Assembly (NCBI GenBank): GCA_027486675.1 | Contig: JAIXOQ010000008.1 | Span: 7,333 to 71,332, forward strand | Length of the DNA stretch: 64,000 nt | Direction of reading: 5' to 3' | Source of the DNA: Pseudomonadota bacterium | Lineage (GTDB): Bacteria; Bdellovibrionota; UBA1018; CAIMNF01 | Translations under genes and position numbers: made by a program | In this document: piece by piece, positions 48,904 to 58,941 of the stretch | Numbering within the stretch: position 1 is the first letter of the stretch | Layout: the number at the start of each line of letters is the position of its first letter | The notes under the pieces: generated by a model | The model's input: only the letters and a program-made list of their open reading frames with translations | The model's database searches: none | What the model was told of the DNA's origin: nothing

Positions 48904-50217
48904 CTAGTTTAGGGCCGGGGACCACTTTGGAGCAACACAGTTACCTAAACCAAAAGTCAGGCGCTTGACCACGTTTCCTTCCATATTGATGACATAAACG
49001 CTGCGTGTTCCTTCTCGACTGGACGAAAACACGACAAAGCGGCCATCTGGGCTAAAGTGAGGGTCTTCGTTTGACCCTTCATTTTTGGTCAAGCGCTCAA
49101 TGGTGGTTCCATCTGAGTTCATCGTGAATAGGTCAAATCGATTGTCGATCCAGCCTGCAAAGGCAATTTTCTTTCCATCAGGGCTAAAGCTTGGCGAAGC
49201 ATTGTATTGACCGGCATAGGTCAATCGTTTGGCAGATTGAGGTTCAGTGGCGGGCATGATGTAGATCATCGGTTTACCGGCCCTGGAAGAGACGAAGGCT
49301 ATTTTCGTCCCATCTGGGCTAAATGCGGGGTCAACATCCACGCCGATGGACTGGGTGAGGCGAGTCGCTTCCCTGGAATCTGGATCCAGGAGAAAGATTT
49401 CTGGGTTGCCCAAGTGGGACAATGTGAGTGCAATTCGATTTTTCTTGGGGTCATAATTGGCTCCAGAGTTAATCCCCGTCTTATTGCTGAGAAGTCGGAG
49501 AAGCTTCTTCGTGAAGTCGAACTCAAAAAGATCGAGATTCTTGGTGTTGTCCTCGTGACGATTATAAACGGAATAAGCGATGCGTGTGCCATCTCGATTC
49601 CAGGCAGGACTGACAGTGGTTGATCGGTGCTGAGTGACTTGCTGTGGATTGGAACCATCGAAGTCAAAGACATACACTTCTTTTTTTCCTGAACGATCGC
49701 ACACTGCAGCGATCTGAGATTTGAATACCGATGGTGTGCCTGTGATTGCTTGCACGATATCATTGGCTGCGGTGCGGATGGTGATCTTCCAGTCATTGGG
49801 AGCGCTAACGTATCGTTTTGAGAGAAGACTCTTTCCGGAAGGTGTCTGGTAAAGATGGATTTCAGCGATGGTCTTATCCGCGCTAGAAGTGAGCGTCCAA
49901 CCCACCACAAAATCGGCCCCAATTTTAGACCAGTCCTCTCCTTTCGGATTGATCCCGCCCTCCAGTTCCGCTTGGGGATAAGCGTTCTCAGAGACAATGC
50001 GAAAGAGTTCAGCGAAATTGAGGGTATTTGAAAGTTCCCTTTTCAATCTGCCGGCAAGTTCACCCGAAGGAGACTTTGGGTTTGGGATCGCAATCGAAGG
50101 CTTTTTGGTCTTTGCACTTCCCACTTCGAGGTAAACCCCATCGGCATTTGCGGTGGCAACTGGGAGGGTTGGTACAAGAACAAGGGCAAAAAGGAGCGCA
50201 AAGAAAAGCTTCATCAT
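48904..50217 (-). CDS. tolB: Tol-Pal beta-propeller protein TolB
   Basis: Signal peptide, repeated P.FSPDG..IAF (PD40) motifs. Confidence 0.92.
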   Translation of the reverse strand: MMKLFFALLFALVLVPTLPVATANADGVYLEVGSAKTKKPSIAIPNPKSPSGELAGRLKRELSNTLNFAELFRIVSENAYPQAELEGGINPKGEDWSKIGADFVVGWTLTSSADKTIAEIHLYQTPSGKSLLSKRYVSAPNDWKITIRTAANDIVQAITGTPSVFKSQIAAVCDRSGKKEVYVFDFDGSNPQQVTQHRSTTVSPAWNRDGTRIAYSVYNRHEDNTKNLDLFEFDFTKKLLRLLSNKTGINSGANYDPKKNRIALTLSHLGNPEIFLLDPDSREATRLTQSIGVDVDPAFSPDGTKIAFVSSRAGKPMIYIMPATEPQSAKRLTYAGQYNASPSFSPDGKKIAFAGWIDNRFDLFTMNSDGTTIERLTKNEGSNEDPHFSPDGRFVVFSSSREGTRSVYVINMEGNVVKRLTFGLGNCVAPKWSPALN

Positions 50218-50228
50218 TATGAAGCTGA

Positions 50229-50927
50229 TTATAACGGGAAGCCCAAAAGAACGCCATCGGATGCAAGGGAATCGATCACATCCTGAGGGGGTAGAGCAAA
50301 GGGCGCTGATCTTTGCACGGCTCGTCGCACTTCTTCGTCGTAAACGTCATTGCCCGAAGGCCTCTTAAAAACGATGCGCAGAATATTTCCTTTGGAATTC
50401 AAAAAAAGCACGACCTGCGCAGAGAGTCCTTTGGTCTGAAGCCAGCTGGGTAGTTCCCAGTTTTCCCTGAGTTTCTGCAAGACTCCATCGTAATACGTTG
50501 CCTGTTCGCGCTCTTTCGCCTCTCCAGAAGTAGTTGCCCCTTTTGAAATCATGTTGCCCTTAAGAGCTTGAAGCTTTTCTAAAGCTCTCAGGCGCTCCAG
50601 TGCGCTTTTCATGCTTTTTGCGGTGGTCTTTTGCTTTTTGCTGAGAGAAACCTCAGCGCTTTCCATCTTTATTTTCGGCGCTGTCTTGACCTGCTTCTCT
50701 GGAGCGGGCGGAGTCGGAGCATTTTCTGGAGCTGGGAGCGATATCGGTTCATCTTTCTTTTGGTCAGGCAGCGCAACGAGGTCCACGCGAAGAGTAGGTA
50801 CGATGCGCTCCCTAGGTCGCTCGGTGACCAAGGATCCTAATATTGCTAGACCCATCACAAGAGTGTGAGCCAAAACCGAGCGTTTGAAAGCGCGAGAAAA
50901 CGAAGGTGCGCGAGCGGCATGCTCCAT
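50229..50927 (-). CDS. tolA: TolA/TonB C-terminal domain protein
   Basis: TM with SxxxH (SVLAH), Pro/Lys linker, W..P, SG...D....A...APF. Confidence 0.85.
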   Translation of the reverse strand: MEHAARAPSFSRAFKRSVLAHTLVMGLAILGSLVTERPRERIVPTLRVDLVALPDQKKDEPISLPAPENAPTPPAPEKQVKTAPKIKMESAEVSLSKKQKTTAKSMKSALERLRALEKLQALKGNMISKGATTSGEAKEREQATYYDGVLQKLRENWELPSWLQTKGLSAQVVLFLNSKGNILRIVFKRPSGNDVYDEEVRRAVQRSAPFALPPQDVIDSLASDGVLLGFPL

Positions 50928-50939
50928 AAAATTTTAATT

Positions 50940-51347
50940 TCACTCCTCAGAAGGCGATGTAGCCAGGCCAACTCTTGAGATCCCGGCCGCCTTCACAAGT
51001 CCCATCGCCCGTGCGACCACGCCGTACTCTACAGCTGCATCAGCCTGTACAACCACTTGTGTATTCTTTCCTTGGCTCGTAGATTTCAGTCGTTCTTTGA
51101 GTTGCGCCCAGCCAATCGACTTTCCATCCCAACTCAGTTCTCCTGATTTTTTTATACCGAGCATGATAGAGGTTTCTTCTGTAGTCATCGCTTGGGTTGC
51201 TACTTTTGGAAGTGCAACTTCGATCCCTTGCTGCATAAGGGGTGCAGAGACCATGAAGACGATCAGAAGGACTAGCATCACGTCCACAAGCGGGGTGACA
51301 TTGATCTCTGCTAAGCGGCTTTTCGAGCCGCTTGTATTCATTTTCAC
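50940..51347 (-). CDS. tolR: TolR/ExbD
   Basis: EINVTPLVDVMLVLLIVFM, AD..V.YG. Confidence 0.93.
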   Translation of the reverse strand: MKMNTSGSKSRLAEINVTPLVDVMLVLLIVFMVSAPLMQQGIEVALPKVATQAMTTEETSIMLGIKKSGELSWDGKSIGWAQLKERLKSTSQGKNTQVVVQADAAVEYGVVARAMGLVKAAGISRVGLATSPSEE

Positions 51348-52054
51348 TGATGGGCCTCGGGAGACTGTTTGTTACGTTGCAATAAGCTTCTTTGGACGAG
51401 ATTGAGAAAGTCCTGAGCAAAGCTGTCCATATCGACCGAGACCTTTTGAATGCGTTGAAGGAAGTGATTGTAGCCAATTGCAGCAGGAATCGCTGCAGCA
51501 AGTCCCGCAGCCGTTGCAATCAGAGCCTCACTGATCCCTGGTGCGACGACGGCTAAGCTGGCGCTGCCGGTGGCTCCGATGTTTTGAAATGAGGTCATGA
51601 TTCCCCATACGGTTCCAAAAAGCCCAATAAATGGGGCAGAGCTTGCGATTGTAGCAAGCCAGTCGACGTGACTTTCTAGGGCTGCCATTTGATTCGACAT
51701 CGCTTTATTGAGCGATCTTGAGATGTTATTGACCTCAATATCGCCACTCTGTGTACCTTCGCCGGAGGAAAGCTTCCGTAATTCTTTGTAGCCGGTCAAA
51801 AAGGCTTGAGCGATGGGGGAGTGATGCAGAGGTTCAACACGTTGAAAAATTTCATCTAAGGACTTTCCTGCCCAAAATACATCCAGAAATTCTCTATTTC
51901 CTTTTTGTGCCGATCTCAGTCGGGTCCACTTTTGAATGACGACAGCCCAGGTGACCACGGATGCAAAAACAAGTAGGATGAGGATGGCCTTAACGATCGG
52001 TCCCGCTTGAAGGACTAGTGCGATTGTGCTTAAACCTGCGTTTCCAGAATTCAT
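51344..52054 (-). CDS. tolQ: TolQ
   Basis: APFIGLFGTVWGIM, VAPGISEALIATAAGL..AIPA. Confidence 0.95.
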   Translation of the reverse strand: MNSGNAGLSTIALVLQAGPIVKAILILLVFASVVTWAVVIQKWTRLRSAQKGNREFLDVFWAGKSLDEIFQRVEPLHHSPIAQAFLTGYKELRKLSSGEGTQSGDIEVNNISRSLNKAMSNQMAALESHVDWLATIASSAPFIGLFGTVWGIMTSFQNIGATGSASLAVVAPGISEALIATAAGLAAAIPAAIGYNHFLQRIQKVSVDMDSFAQDFLNLVQRSLLQRNKQSPEAHQ

Positions 52055-52823
52055 GAAAAAAACGGTACCATACCCGAATTGCCCAAACCAACGCTGCTAA
52101 CCCAACGCCTGCATATTCAAGGACGCGGAGGCTGTAGCCGGGTAGAGGCTGTAGCCTCACAATGCCCTCGCCCTCGATTCCAAAGAGACTCCAGCTGTAA
52201 CCGGCAAATCCTGTCGTCAGAAAAGCGGCCAGAAAGACCAGTCCATCCGCAGGCGCAAGAAACAAAAAGGGCAATACTCCAAGCAAAAGCGCTTCATTGA
52301 GGGACGGCTCTAGCCACACGAGCATCACCCCAAGTAGGGGCAACGTTTGTAAGATGCGGGCTTCCAGAGGATGAGTGCGTTTTGGAAGCCTTGGGCTTAA
52401 AAGTTTGTCGATATTCCATCCCAGCAGCAGAAGGAAAATCAGCGGCAGGACGTTTTGTGCAATGGAGTCCAGCCTATAGGTGCGAACCTCTACCCGTTTT
52501 GAGGCGACAAGTAAAAGGGTGATCAGGCTTGCGGCGCCGACCCCTACGATGAAGGCGATGGTTCGTTTTTTTGCCGCTGAAAAAGTCCGATGACTCATTG
52601 TGAATTCGGGGTAGGCAAGCAGTGCAATAGCAAATTGTGCAAGCACTGCGGCGATCCAGCGCTGATTCTGCCAGGCCAGGCCTGCCGCTAGGAAGCGTTG
52701 ACCGGGTGCCACAGTGCCGGAGTGAAAACTCCATGTAATCCCAATATTGAGTGCCACCGCCGCAAAGAGAGCGTTCCAGGCAATGTACAAAATCACTGAG
52801 ATGAGCCAGCGGGAGTGCTTCAT
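51990..52823 (-). CDS. Hypothetical multi-TM membrane protein
   Basis: About 8 hydrophobic segments. Probable start ATG 52823 with RBS AAGGA; overlaps the tolQ start. Confidence 0.65.
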   Translation of the reverse strand: MKHSRWLISVILYIAWNALFAAVALNIGITWSFHSGTVAPGQRFLAAGLAWQNQRWIAAVLAQFAIALLAYPEFTMSHRTFSAAKKRTIAFIVGVGAASLITLLLVASKRVEVRTYRLDSIAQNVLPLIFLLLLGWNIDKLLSPRLPKRTHPLEARILQTLPLLGVMLVWLEPSLNEALLLGVLPFLFLAPADGLVFLAAFLTTGFAGYSWSLFGIEGEGIVRLQPLPGYSLRVLEYAGVGLAALVWAIRVWYRFFHEFWKRRFKHNRTSPSSGTDR

Positions 52824-52907
52824 GACTTCCTTAAACGGTATGAAACCCCGTAAAGTAATACAAGCAGTGCAAGTTTTAGGCGTTTCGCCGCAAGGAAATA
52901 GCAAGTC

Positions 52908-53570
52908 ATGCTCTTCGCTCTTAAGCTCGCAAAAAAATTTGGCACAAAGACGATCTTTGAGAACGTCAGTTTGTCTGTTGCACGAGGAGATTTTGCGTAC
53001 CTCCTAGGCGGCACCGGCGCAGGTAAAACCACTTTGCTCCGGATTCTTTCCACCGAAGAGATGCCAAGCTCCGGGGATATCGAGTGGTTTGGATTTGCTC
53101 GCGCTTCATTGGGACAGAAACAAATCGATGACCTTCGGCACCGGATGTCTGTCATGCCGCAGTCTCTCGAACTCGTCCCTGACCTCACAGTCCAAAAGAA
53201 TATAGAGCTCGCGCAGCTCGGCCTCCATTCATCTAGAAAGACCGACGATGCCTCGATGAAGGAGCTACTCCAAACATTAAAGCTTTCCGACCGATTGACG
53301 GCACCCCTCCGCACCCTGTCGGGTGGGGAGCAGCAAAGAGTCGCATTTTTGCGTGCTTTGGCTCGTAAGGCAGACCTTTATCTGCTCGATGAACCTACGG
53401 GGGCTCAGGACATAGAGATGACTTGGAAAATGTTAGATGCATTGACACGGCTTCAAGTCGGTGGGGCCAGTGTGGTGGTAGCCACTCACGATCTTGAGAT
53501 GGTTCGTCGGGTGAGAAGGCGTGTTTTAGTATTTCGTAACGGAACGGTTGAAGAAGGGAAAGCCCTATGA
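52908..53570 (+). CDS. ftsE: Cell-division ABC ATPase FtsE
   Basis: GGTGAGKT, LSGGEQQRV, DEPTG, ATHD; precedes ftsX-like and envC genes. Confidence 0.8.
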   Translation: MLFALKLAKKFGTKTIFENVSLSVARGDFAYLLGGTGAGKTTLLRILSTEEMPSSGDIEWFGFARASLGQKQIDDLRHRMSVMPQSLELVPDLTVQKNIELAQLGLHSSRKTDDASMKELLQTLKLSDRLTAPLRTLSGGEQQRVAFLRALARKADLYLLDEPTGAQDIEMTWKMLDALTRLQVGGASVVVATHDLEMVRRVRRRVLVFRNGTVEEGKAL

Positions 53571-54421
53571 GCGTGGGCGTGAGTTTGGGGGGCCTTCTTT
53601 TTAAACGGCTTCCGGGAGTGACCTTAGTGTCCACTTTTGCACTCGCTGCATTGGTGTTGATCTTTTGGGGTGCGAGCGTCATTTCGCAGGACTTGGATAG
53701 AACCTTAAATGGCGTTGCACTCGAAAAGGTCGTCACTCTGACAGCAGCGGATTCGACCAGTGCCGAGGCCGTAGCGGAAAAGCTGAGACAAGAGGTGGGG
53801 AAAGTGACCATTGTCTCTCAAGCTGAGGTGAAGGACCTGCTGAGCGATATGGATCCGCAATTACGATCCCTTTTGCTGGGCGTAGGCGGAGAAGCGGAGA
53901 ACTTAGTCCCTACGATGGTGACTTTCCGTGGTGCTATTGAATCTGAAGTTCTTGAGAGTCTAAAAAAAATGCATGGAGTCATGAAACTCCATGAGCGCGC
54001 CGCGCTCGAAGGCCCGTATCGGAATGCATTGGTGCGTTTATTATTTCAGGTAGACCTGATCCGATATCTACTTTGGGCGGCCTCTCTTGCGATTGCTCTT
54101 TTATTCACCCGTATCTTGGGTCGCGAATTCCACCCGATCGCAAAAAACTTAGAACACTGGGGTGTTCCAATGTTTCGCATTCGTTTGCCCCTGACGATTG
54201 TTTGTGGTCTGGTGCTGGTCTTGGGACACCTCCTAGCGTTTTTAATCTGGAAGATCATGCTACCGAAGGGGGCTTTGGGTTTGTCGCTACTGACCGGCGT
54301 CAGCGTACCGGAAGTATGGTTGCTGCCGCTCAGAGCGGGGATATCACTTCTACTCACACAAATCGCACTCGTGTTTCTGCTGACCTTTTCTAGGGTTCGT
54401 AAAAGGTCAAAAGTAAGATGA
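53567..54421 (+). CDS. ftsX: FtsX-like permease (divergent)
   Basis: 1+3 TM topology with a periplasmic loop containing EN..P; lies between ftsE and envC. Confidence 0.7.
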   Translation: MSVGVSLGGLLFKRLPGVTLVSTFALAALVLIFWGASVISQDLDRTLNGVALEKVVTLTAADSTSAEAVAEKLRQEVGKVTIVSQAEVKDLLSDMDPQLRSLLLGVGGEAENLVPTMVTFRGAIESEVLESLKKMHGVMKLHERAALEGPYRNALVRLLFQVDLIRYLLWAASLAIALLFTRILGREFHPIAKNLEHWGVPMFRIRLPLTIVCGLVLVLGHLLAFLIWKIMLPKGALGLSLLTGVSVPEVWLLPLRAGISLLLTQIALVFLLTFSRVRKRSKVR

Positions 54422-55512
54422 TTCCCTTCTGGGCAGTTACGATTGCCTTTGCGGGCCCTCCTTTGGCAGATCAACTCGCACAAATCAGGCAGCAGATGAG
54501 TGCAATTGAAAAATCGATTCAGCAAACGAATGGAAGTCGCAATGCTGTTCATGAGCAGCTTGAGCGCATTCGCTCTCTTAAAATTCTTCAAGCCAAAGAA
54601 AAAGCACTCACCGAAAAACGCATCGCTCTTTTGGATGGAGAACTCGGCGGAATGAGACTCAAACGCAACGAAGTGCAATCCCGCTTGGATTCTGCGCGTG
54701 TGAAGCTTAAACATGAAATTTCAGACCTTGTCCTTGCGACCCAGACAGCAGATTCGGTAAGCACCCACGCCCGGGCATTCATGCTTGGAACTTGGGCACA
54801 GATTCGTTTTAAAGATTTTGAGGCGCTTCGAGCGGACGTAGAGGATGCGCTGTCTTTTGAACTCAAGATCCAGGAAGAGAAGTCTCGATTAGAAGAACTT
54901 CGCTCCTCAATCGTTGAAACTGAGGATCTATTGAAGTTCCATGAAGGTCTGAGGGAAGAGCTCTCTCAAGAAAAACAAAAAGAACGCCTTTCGAAGCTCG
55001 AAGAGTATCGGAAACTGAGAGAGTCGAGCCTGGAGATGGAGCAGATGCTTCGAAGCTTTCATGAGCGACAGTTATCGGAGCGGCAGAAAGCCCAGGCTAA
55101 GTTGTTGCGCTTGAGCCCAAGCTTTCAGTGGTTATGGCCAGTGCAGGGGAGTGTCGCACGAGGTTTTGGATTGCAGATGGATGAGGCGACGGGACTTCAG
55201 TACTTTCGAAAAGGTATTGAGATTCTTCCGACCTCCAAAAAACTTGGAGTGAAGGCTTCAGCCAGTGGGACGGTCCAGTTCGTGGGCAAACTACCGGGTC
55301 GTGGGTACGTAGTCATTTTGGCTCACAATGGAGATTTCTACTCGGTCTACGGGCAACTCGCATCTGTGACTGTTGCGGCAGGGGCAGCCGTAGAGGCCGA
55401 GGCGCAGATTGCTGAACTCCCAAACGTCTCCTCTCCGCTGTACTTTGAGATTCGATCTCGCAACCTCGCTTTGAACCCGTTAAAGTGGTTGCAGAGCGAG
55501 GCTCATCCATGA
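54418..55512 (+). CDS. envC: EnvC-like murein hydrolase activator (degenerate M23)
   Basis: Coiled coil plus WPV.G, G.V, VI..H, S.YG, LYFEIR...NP..WL. Confidence 0.87.
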   Translation: MIPFWAVTIAFAGPPLADQLAQIRQQMSAIEKSIQQTNGSRNAVHEQLERIRSLKILQAKEKALTEKRIALLDGELGGMRLKRNEVQSRLDSARVKLKHEISDLVLATQTADSVSTHARAFMLGTWAQIRFKDFEALRADVEDALSFELKIQEEKSRLEELRSSIVETEDLLKFHEGLREELSQEKQKERLSKLEEYRKLRESSLEMEQMLRSFHERQLSERQKAQAKLLRLSPSFQWLWPVQGSVARGFGLQMDEATGLQYFRKGIEILPTSKKLGVKASASGTVQFVGKLPGRGYVVILAHNGDFYSVYGQLASVTVAAGAAVEAEAQIAELPNVSSPLYFEIRSRNLALNPLKWLQSEAHP

Positions 55513-56846
55513 TTTTTTCAGTTTTCTTTGTTTCTTTTGCCCTAGCCAAGTCCACCCCTCCGGAGACATTAAAATCCGATGCTGCAAAGTATCGTGAAAT
55601 CGAACTCTTCCAAAAGGTGTTAGGTTTTGTGGAAAAAAATTATGTGGAACCCGTCTCCTCCGAGCGCCTCATGCAAGGCGCGATCCGCGGCATGATGGAT
55701 ACGCTTGATCCTCACTCGAACTATTTACCTCCCGAAGTTTACCGAGAGATGAAGATAGACACCGAAGGTCGCTTTGATGGCATTGGGGTCGAGGTCAGCG
55801 TCAAGGATGGAGTGCTGATGGTGATCACCCCGATTGAAGATTCTCCGGCTTGGAAGGTTGGAGTCAAATCAGGGGACCGGATCATTCGCATCAACGGCGA
55901 AAGCACTAAAGGTCTCAGCATCTCTGAAGCCATACAGAAGATGAAAGGGAAACTTGGTACTGAAGTTGTTCTAGGAATCTATCGTAAGGGATGGAAGAAG
56001 TTTCGAGATCTGAAGATGACTCGCCAGTCGATTCAGGTGAAGTCTGTTCGTTCCGATATCTTAGATCAGAAATATGGCTATGTAGCCTTGGTGGGTTTTT
56101 CTGAGAACGCTGCCCGTGACGTCGATCAGGCGATTAAGAACTTAGAGTCTAAAGGGCCATTAAGTGGGCTCGTTTTTGACTTAAGAAACAATCCAGGGGG
56201 TCTGCTGGATCAAGCCGTCGATGTGACTTCTCTCTTTATCGATGAGGGGGTCGTTGTCTCGACCATTGGACGCGATCCTTTAGATAAGGAAGTCAGGTCC
56301 GCAAAGGCTGGAAAAGCCCGAAAGCAGCTTCCTGTTGTCGTTCTAGTCAACAGCGGAACTGCCTCAGCTGCAGAAATCGTGTCCGCGGCCTTGCAGGATC
56401 ACCATAGGGCGATGATTTTAGGGGAGACCACGTTTGGAAAAGGTTCGGTGCAATCCGTGATTCCTCTGGGGGACGATCGGGGATTAAAATTGACGACTGC
56501 AAAGTATTACTCCCCCTCAGGACGGAGCATCCAGGAAGTGGGTGTCGTCCCAGACATCGCGCTTGAAGACTTTGATCAACAGATTCTAGAGAAAGCGCGT
56601 CTCGCAAAAGAAGTTCAAAGAGAGAAAGATTTGAAGGGTCACCTGAAAGCAGTCCAGCCAGAAAGTGCGGTTAAATCTGGGGATATTTATACCATCGACG
56701 AATTATCCGTTCCTGAAACCGAACGATCATCTGACCCAGCCAATGAAGATCTTAAGCCCGTGAAGATGAATCCAAAGACCGATTACCAAACCCAGCAGGC
56801 CGTACGTTACTTAAAGTCCTTTGAAGTGTTTAAGCGACTCAAATGA
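55509..56846 (+). CDS. ctpA: Carboxy-terminal processing protease CtpA (S41A)
   Basis: LDPHS, GIG.E, DLRNNPGG, TASAAEIV, TFGKGSVQ, YYSPSGRSIQ. Start reassigned to ATG 55509. Confidence 0.95.
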   Translation: MIFSVFFVSFALAKSTPPETLKSDAAKYREIELFQKVLGFVEKNYVEPVSSERLMQGAIRGMMDTLDPHSNYLPPEVYREMKIDTEGRFDGIGVEVSVKDGVLMVITPIEDSPAWKVGVKSGDRIIRINGESTKGLSISEAIQKMKGKLGTEVVLGIYRKGWKKFRDLKMTRQSIQVKSVRSDILDQKYGYVALVGFSENAARDVDQAIKNLESKGPLSGLVFDLRNNPGGLLDQAVDVTSLFIDEGVVVSTIGRDPLDKEVRSAKAGKARKQLPVVVLVNSGTASAAEIVSAALQDHHRAMILGETTFGKGSVQSVIPLGDDRGLKLTTAKYYSPSGRSIQEVGVVPDIALEDFDQQILEKARLAKEVQREKDLKGHLKAVQPESAVKSGDIYTIDELSVPETERSSDPANEDLKPVKMNPKTDYQTQQAVRYLKSFEVFKRLK

Positions 56847-58042
56847 ATCCAAGCGACTTTCTGACTGTTTCAGAATTAACTGCCCGCCTCAAAGGTCATA
56901 TCGAACCGGAGTTTCGTGATCTTTGGATTCAAGGCGAAGTGAGCAATGTGCGCGTCATGAGTAGTGGCCATGCGTATTTTGCAATAAAGGATGCCGATGC
57001 AACAATCTCGGCAACTTTCTTCTCATTCACAAAAAGAGTAGGCGGAAAGTTTGAACTTAGAGATGGAATGAAGGTCCTGGCTTGTGGCTCGGTAGGCGTT
57101 TATGCGCCAAGAGGCTCTTACCAGCTGAATGTGAGTCAGCTTGAGCCAATGGGCGTCGGTGCACTTCAACTACAGTTTGAACAGCTGAAGGCTAAACTTC
57201 AGGCTGAAGGCCTTTTTGATTCATCTCGTAAAAGACCCTTACCGAAGTATCCAAGAAAAATTGTGATCATCACTTCAGGTCAGGCGGCGGCATTTCATGA
57301 TGTGAGAACTGTCTTAAAGCGAAGAGCACCTTTCGTGGAACTTCTTCTGATTCCTTCCCTAGTTCAAGGAGCAGATGCACCTCATCGACTGATTCAGGCG
57401 CTCCGTGTCGCGTCCCACTTTAAGTTGGGGGATGTCATCCTGCTGACCCGGGGAGGTGGGAGTCTTGAGGACCTTTGGTGCTTTAACGATGAGGCTCTTG
57501 CGCGTGAGATCGCTCAGTGCGAGATCCCGGTCGTTTCGGCCGTTGGTCATGAGATCGATTTTACGATCTCAGATTTTGTCTCTGATCTTCGTGCGCCCAC
57601 TCCTTCCGCCGGTGCAGAAATATTGACCCAAAGCTGGCTTGAGCTTTCACAGTCGCTCAATCAAATGCATGCTCGGTTGCGCGTTGGGGTAGACCGTGAA
57701 ATTCAATCCAAACGTCGTTTGCTTCAGACACTTGCGGTTCGAGTACGAAGCCCGAAAGATAAGCTGCGTGAACAAGCGCAAAGGGCAGATGAGCTTTATC
57801 TTCGTTTGGAGCGCGCCACTCAGCTCACGCTAGAACGGCGTAGATCCAGGCTGCAGTCCCTCACTCTCACTCTTGAGGCCTTGTCGCCTCTTAAGGTTTT
57901 AGGCCGAGGATTTTCTTTGGTTTCAGATTCTTCTGGGTCATTGATTCGGACTGTAAAAGAATTAAAAGCTAAGGACGCGATACAGATCCGCTTGGCCGAT
58001 GGGTTGGTTCAGGCGCGTGTGGAGGAGGTCCGTCCAGGATGA
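56843..58042 (+). CDS. xseA: Exodeoxyribonuclease VII large subunit
   Basis: GEVSN, SGH.YF, RGGGS.EDLW.FN, VGHE.D, APTPS, LSP...L.RG. Confidence 0.97.
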   Translation: MNPSDFLTVSELTARLKGHIEPEFRDLWIQGEVSNVRVMSSGHAYFAIKDADATISATFFSFTKRVGGKFELRDGMKVLACGSVGVYAPRGSYQLNVSQLEPMGVGALQLQFEQLKAKLQAEGLFDSSRKRPLPKYPRKIVIITSGQAAAFHDVRTVLKRRAPFVELLLIPSLVQGADAPHRLIQALRVASHFKLGDVILLTRGGGSLEDLWCFNDEALAREIAQCEIPVVSAVGHEIDFTISDFVSDLRAPTPSAGAEILTQSWLELSQSLNQMHARLRVGVDREIQSKRRLLQTLAVRVRSPKDKLREQAQRADELYLRLERATQLTLERRRSRLQSLTLTLEALSPLKVLGRGFSLVSDSSGSLIRTVKELKAKDAIQIRLADGLVQARVEEVRPG

Positions 58043-58941
58043 CAACAATTTTGATCTTTCTATTTCAAACTGCATGGGCAGCTCAGAACGCAAAGATCAT
58101 CGCCGAGCTTGCTGATGTGCTTGATCAACCCAATGAAAAATCGAGGGTGATCGTCCAACTCAAAAAAGACACAGAAGTCATTGTATCTAACCTGCCGACC
58201 GAAAATTTTTATAAGACACGTCTCTCGGACGGATCTTTTGGGTGGCTCTCTGGCAATCAGATTCGTACGGAGTCAGCAGGAGAAAGTCAGATTGAGAAAG
58301 GATTTGAGGCGAACAAGGCTCGGACTGACTCTGCAAATGGGCAAACAGAAAAAAAGCAGTTCTGGTGGAGCAATTCTCGTGTGCTGCTGGGGTATGGCCT
58401 GCAAAATCTAAGTCTTGATCCGCTCGCAGGACTGCTGCGAGGCGTTGATCAAGTCCGCTTAACCAATGCGATTACCGCTGAGATGCAGTTTCAGATCTGG
58501 AAATTTTTATCCTGGGCTGCTCGAGTGGAGTATCGCTTTAGTTCTGTGCAGGGTATTTCGCTCGATGATGGGTCGACCCGGGAGGTGAAGTACAACTCTG
58601 TGCCTATCTCTTTTGGACTTATTGTGTCTCCCCTCGAGTGGGGCGCGGTCCGTTTGGGTGCAGGTGTCTATGCAGGGCTTGCACTTCAGAATCGCCTTGA
58701 AATCACAGATTCGCTGAGTGGCAATGTGGCTAAGCTCACCTACACCTCGACCAATCCAATTTTACAGGGGCTCATTCAGGCTTCAGTAGGGCTAAGCCGA
58801 AACTGGGGCCTATTGGTCGAGGGAGGATACACCTTTCAGAGTGCAAGTTACCCTTCGAGCACTACTTTCAACCTGCCGAAGGTGGATGTGAACTTTGGTG
58901 GTTTTGTATCTCGTTTAGGGATTGAGTTTCGCTTCGAGTAG
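58039..58941 (+). CDS. SH3-like domain plus outer-membrane beta-barrel protein
   Basis: Short signal peptide, SH3b-like FYK.R..DG..GW, beta strands, C-terminal LGIEFRFE. Confidence 0.7.
   Translation: MTTILIFLFQTAWAAQNAKIIAELADVLDQPNEKSRVIVQLKKDTEVIVSNLPTENFYKTRLSDGSFGWLSGNQIRTESAGESQIEKGFEANKARTDSANGQTEKKQFWWSNSRVLLGYGLQNLSLDPLAGLLRGVDQVRLTNAITAEMQFQIWKFLSWAARVEYRFSSVQGISLDDGSTREVKYNSVPISFGLIVSPLEWGAVRLGAGVYAGLALQNRLEITDSLSGNVAKLTYTSTNPILQGLIQASVGLSRNWGLLVEGGYTFQSASYPSSTTFNLPKVDVNFGGFVSRLGIEFRFE

Noticed and set aside
49299-49997. Long alternate-frame ORFs (232 aa within tolB; also 54046-54714, 46184-46663, 52820-53314)
   Set aside because: They overlap well-supported genes entirely and have no motifs, so they are shadow ORFs.
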